IMG/VR virus record: IMGVR_UViG_3300050821_002957
Location: 310,001-374,000 of that record
DNA length: 64,000 bases
Direction: 5' to 3' (one strand)
Positions 60,917 through 64,000 of the stretch are shown piece after piece. Both the position numbers and the translations under genes were made by a program. Each line of letters begins with the position of its first letter. Position 1 is the stretch's first letter. The notes beneath the pieces were generated by a model. The model was not told where the DNA came from, searched no databases, and saw only the letters and a program-made list of their open reading frames with translations.

Positions 60917-63900
60917 ATGTCACTTTGGAATAATCAAACCCCTCCGGTTCTGTACCCGGATGCTGTAGCAACGAACGCAGGTTGGGCACATCCCGTAACT
61001 GGTGAATTGCTCGTCTGTGTCACAGGTCTGTCCACATATAAGAATGAAGGCGCAGGCACACAGCTTGTCAATGCTCGAATCTTGGGCGCAAAAGCTCAGG
61101 GCGCAGATCCTATCGTCCACAAGAAAATCTTTGCTGCTGGCGACGTAATTGTTGTCGAAGCAATTTTCTTGGAGCCTGTCACAAAGACTGGCGGCACACC
61201 GACGATGGCAATCAACATCAACGGTAACTCTCGGACCTTTACCCAATTCACTGATCCGACCAATTTTGATGCAAAAACCAAGGACAAAGTAACTGGTTTC
61301 ACGATCAGTGCTGGTGGTTCTGGATACTTGGTCGGTGATAAATTGACCTTCACTGGCGGTGGTGGTTCGAGCGCAGAAGCAGTTGTAGCAACAGTTTCAA
61401 GCGGCGCAATCACAGGCATCACATTGCTTGCTGGTGGTTCTGGATACACTTCGGCTCCGACAGTCGGCGGCGGAACTGGAACGGGAGCAACTATCGTAGC
61501 AAAACTCGGTTCACTTGCAAACGGCCCTGGAACGAATCGTTGGCTCTTCGGATATACAGTTGCATCTAACGAAACCGCAACCTCGGCACAGATTATTTTC
61601 CCATCTAGCATCACTGGTGTCTTCGATACCACTGAGGATGCTCTTGGAGCTTCGGCAGCAGGCACAGCCGTTATTGGAACTGGAGTAACTTCCGTAACAG
61701 TAAGCGCTGGTGGTTCTGGTTATACATCGGCACCGAAAGTTAGCTTTACTGGCGGCACTCCAACGACACCAGCAACAGCAGTAGCAGTTCTTGATCAAAG
61801 TGTTGGTTCTATCGCAGTTACCGCAGGTGGTTCTGGATACACCAGCGCACCCACGGTTACCTTTACAGGTGGCGGTGGATCTAGCTCAGTCGCAACAGCA
61901 GTTCTTGCATCGAGTGGTTCAATCAAATCGATCACGATCACAAACGGTGGTACAGGCGGAACAAACGGCACTGGTGTAGCAGTTTCGATCACTGGTGGCG
62001 GCGGCACTGGAGCAACAGCAACAGCAACAATCGCAGGCGGTGTTGTCACAGTGATCACCATAACTGCTGGTGGTTCTGGATACACTTCGGCACCTACTGT
62101 CTCGGTAACGGGTCAGGCTGGCTCGCCGGTTTATGCTCCAGTCATTGGCAAGGTAGTCGCATCAGTCACAGTTGGCACCCCAGGAAGCGGATACACTTCG
62201 GCTCCGACCATTGGTTTCACTGGTGGTTCTGGAAGCGGCGCAACAGCAACGGCTACAATGGCAACATTGACTGATGTACTTGCTGTAACTGTCACGAACC
62301 CTGGTGTAGGCTATACGGGCACACCAACCGTTTCGTTCACTCCTCAGGGCGGTGGCGCAGCAGCAACAATCTCGGTACTTGGTGGAACTGAAGGTTCTGG
62401 CAATGTAACCGGCGTAACCATCACAAATGGTGGAACACTTTATACTACAGCCCCTTCAGTCACTACGACAAGCGGTGGTTCTGGTGTCACCTTCACAGCA
62501 GTTTTGACGGGTGGTGTTGTAACCAGCGTAACTTTCAGTGGAACTGGTACTGGATACACAAACGGTGACGCTTTGATCTTCACTGGTGGTTTGGCAGGTA
62601 GTGGCGCAACGGCAACGGCAACGACCGCAGGCGCAGTTGAATCGGTCACTATCACAAACGGTGGCTCTGGATACTGGAATGTTCCTACAGTCGCCTTCAG
62701 TGGTGGCTCTGGAACTGGTGCAGCAGGCACCGCAGTAGTCAGCCACGGCAAAGTAACAAGTGTGACGATGACCAACCCAGGAACAGGTTATACTGGTGCT
62801 CCTACGGTTGCATTCACAGAGCCATCATCGGCAGTGACCAATCCAACTTTCAACGGAACACCTTCCGCAGCCGGATACACTGTAAATGGTGTCGCACCGA
62901 CAATCACAGCAGCAGCAATCTCTGGTTACCAAACCGGAACAACCTTCGTTACAAACAACATTGTGACCTTGACTCTTACGACAAGCGTCCCGGTTTACGT
63001 AACTGGTTCTCCGTACATCACGCTTGAAATCAATAGCAACCCAGAAACGGCTTCGTATGTAAATGGCAGCGGTACAACTACTTTGATCTTCCAGTACGAA
63101 GTTCAAGCAAGTGACTTCTGCACGGCAACGGAATTTACCATCACTTCCCCAGTTGTTCTCAACAGTGGAACGATGACAGACTTCCAGGGCAATGCTTTGG
63201 TCTTGACCTTTACGGCACCTACTGTCACGGCAGTTGTTGTCAACAGTCCGCTGGTTCCTAGCTTCACAGCAGCAGCGGTAACTGGTGGTCCTGCATACAC
63301 GACATCCGGCACGGTGACGATCACTTTGACGGCGAATGTCAACGCAACAGTAGTAACGACAAACGGTACGCCTTATATCGAATTGTACATCGGAAGCAGT
63401 GTCCAGCACGCTACCTATGCTTCTGGTACAGGCACAACGAGCTTGGTCTTCACTTATACAGTGGGTTCGGGCGACGTAGCTACACCAAGAGCATTCTCGA
63501 TTGGTTCACAAATCTTCTTGGCAGGCGGCACGATTCAAAATGCTTCGGCAGTCAACTTCCCAGCATTCTTTACGGCACCTGACACTTCGGAAGATACGGT
63601 CAATTCTGGTTCGATTGCAGCATGGGCAAGCTCGGCTATGAGTGGTTTCAACTCTGGCACTGCTTACATCACTGGAAACAACATCACATTGACGCTTACA
63701 GCAAGCGAAAATGCAACCGTCAGCACAGCAAACGGTACGCCTTATATCGAATTGTACATCGGAAACGCAACACGTTTTGCAATCTACACTTCAGGTTCGG
63801 GAACAACAGCCTTGGTATTCAAGTACACGGCTCTTTCGACCGACTCGGCAGTAGCAAAGACCTTCTCTACCGGAGACCAGATCCTATTCAATGGCGGCTC

Positions 63901-63976
63901 TATCGTAGACGGTTCTTCAAATCACTTCCCTGAGGACTTCATCGTCCCAGCAACATCAACCATCACTGTCAACTAA
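60917..63976 (+). CDS. Large Gly/Thr/Ser-rich virion decoration or fibre protein with tandem repeats and Ig-like modules
   Basis: MSLW...GW...E.LV N-terminus; about 11 xGSGYTSAPTVxF-like units; C-terminal GTPYI.L...A.Y..GSGT..L.F.Y modules. Confidence 0.8.
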   Translation: MSLWNNQTPPVLYPDAVATNAGWAHPVTGELLVCVTGLSTYKNEGAGTQLVNARILGAKAQGADPIVHKKIFAAGDVIVVEAIFLEPVTKTGGTPTMAININGNSRTFTQFTDPTNFDAKTKDKVTGFTISAGGSGYLVGDKLTFTGGGGSSAEAVVATVSSGAITGITLLAGGSGYTSAPTVGGGTGTGATIVAKLGSLANGPGTNRWLFGYTVASNETATSAQIIFPSSITGVFDTTEDALGASAAGTAVIGTGVTSVTVSAGGSGYTSAPKVSFTGGTPTTPATAVAVLDQSVGSIAVTAGGSGYTSAPTVTFTGGGGSSSVATAVLASSGSIKSITITNGGTGGTNGTGVAVSITGGGGTGATATATIAGGVVTVITITAGGSGYTSAPTVSVTGQAGSPVYAPVIGKVVASVTVGTPGSGYTSAPTIGFTGGSGSGATATATMATLTDVLAVTVTNPGVGYTGTPTVSFTPQGGGAAATISVLGGTEGSGNVTGVTITNGGTLYTTAPSVTTTSGGSGVTFTAVLTGGVVTSVTFSGTGTGYTNGDALIFTGGLAGSGATATATTAGAVESVTITNGGSGYWNVPTVAFSGGSGTGAAGTAVVSHGKVTSVTMTNPGTGYTGAPTVAFTEPSSAVTNPTFNGTPSAAGYTVNGVAPTITAAAISGYQTGTTFVTNNIVTLTLTTSVPVYVTGSPYITLEINSNPETASYVNGSGTTTLIFQYEVQASDFCTATEFTITSPVVLNSGTMTDFQGNALVLTFTAPTVTAVVVNSPLVPSFTAAAVTGGPAYTTSGTVTITLTANVNATVVTTNGTPYIELYIGSSVQHATYASGTGTTSLVFTYTVGSGDVATPRAFSIGSQIFLAGGTIQNASAVNFPAFFTAPDTSEDTVNSGSIAAWASSAMSGFNSGTAYITGNNITLTLTASENATVSTANGTPYIELYIGNATRFAIYTSGSGTTALVFKYTALSTDSAVAKTFSTGDQILFNGGSIVDGSSNHFPEDFIVPATSTITVN
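61300..62820 (+). repeat. Degenerate coding repeats (GGTTCTGGATACACTTCGGC-like) within the virion gene
   Basis: Recurrent GGSGYTSAPT-encoding units. Confidence 0.7.
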
Positions 63977-64000
63977 CGAACACAGTGATAAGCAAGACAT

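Noticed and set aside
61300-62820. Repeats as a possible CRISPR array
   Set aside because: Degenerate, in-frame coding repeats without fixed repeat-spacer periodicity
61096-63409. Several long minus-strand ORFs over the virion gene
   Set aside because: Mirror of Gly/Thr/Ala repeats; low-complexity shadow
1-64000. Alternative genetic code, tRNA genes, inteins
   Set aside because: Core genes are full length in code 11 using all three stops; no tRNA or intein signatures recognised

Overview
A 64-kb segment of a large T4-like (T4-superfamily) myovirus genome. It carries the core replication, recombination and late-transcription module: gp3-like tail tube terminator, uvsY, uvsW, gp55, gp47/gp46, CobT/CobS-like pair, gp45/gp44/gp62, regA, gp43, uvsX and gp41. 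These are interleaved with many accessory genes and at least five free-standing homing-endonuclease-like genes. Highlights: (1) An island that could rebuild NAD+ and NADP+ from ADP-ribose plus nicotinamide (NadM-fold/Nudix, CinA-NMNAT fusion, NAMPT, PRPP synthetase, NAD kinase). (2) An Acb1 (anti-CBASS) phosphodiesterase fused to a ParB/Srx domain, with a T4-type capsid-targeting N-terminus. (3) An Acb2/Tad1-like hairpin protein between a MazG-like gene and a catalytic-only class II aaRS-like gene. (4) A translation/stringent-response cluster (TyrRS, stand-alone GluRS anticodon-binding domain, small alarmone hydrolase). (5) A stand-alone tail-sheath C-terminal domain. (6) A regular promoter grammar: pervasive predicted leaderless mRNAs, two sigma70-type spacer classes, a CTAAATA-like late motif and a recurrent TAGAT-N2-ATCTA box. 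No tRNA, rRNA or CRISPR array was recognised. All family calls come from motif recognition by eye; no searches were run.
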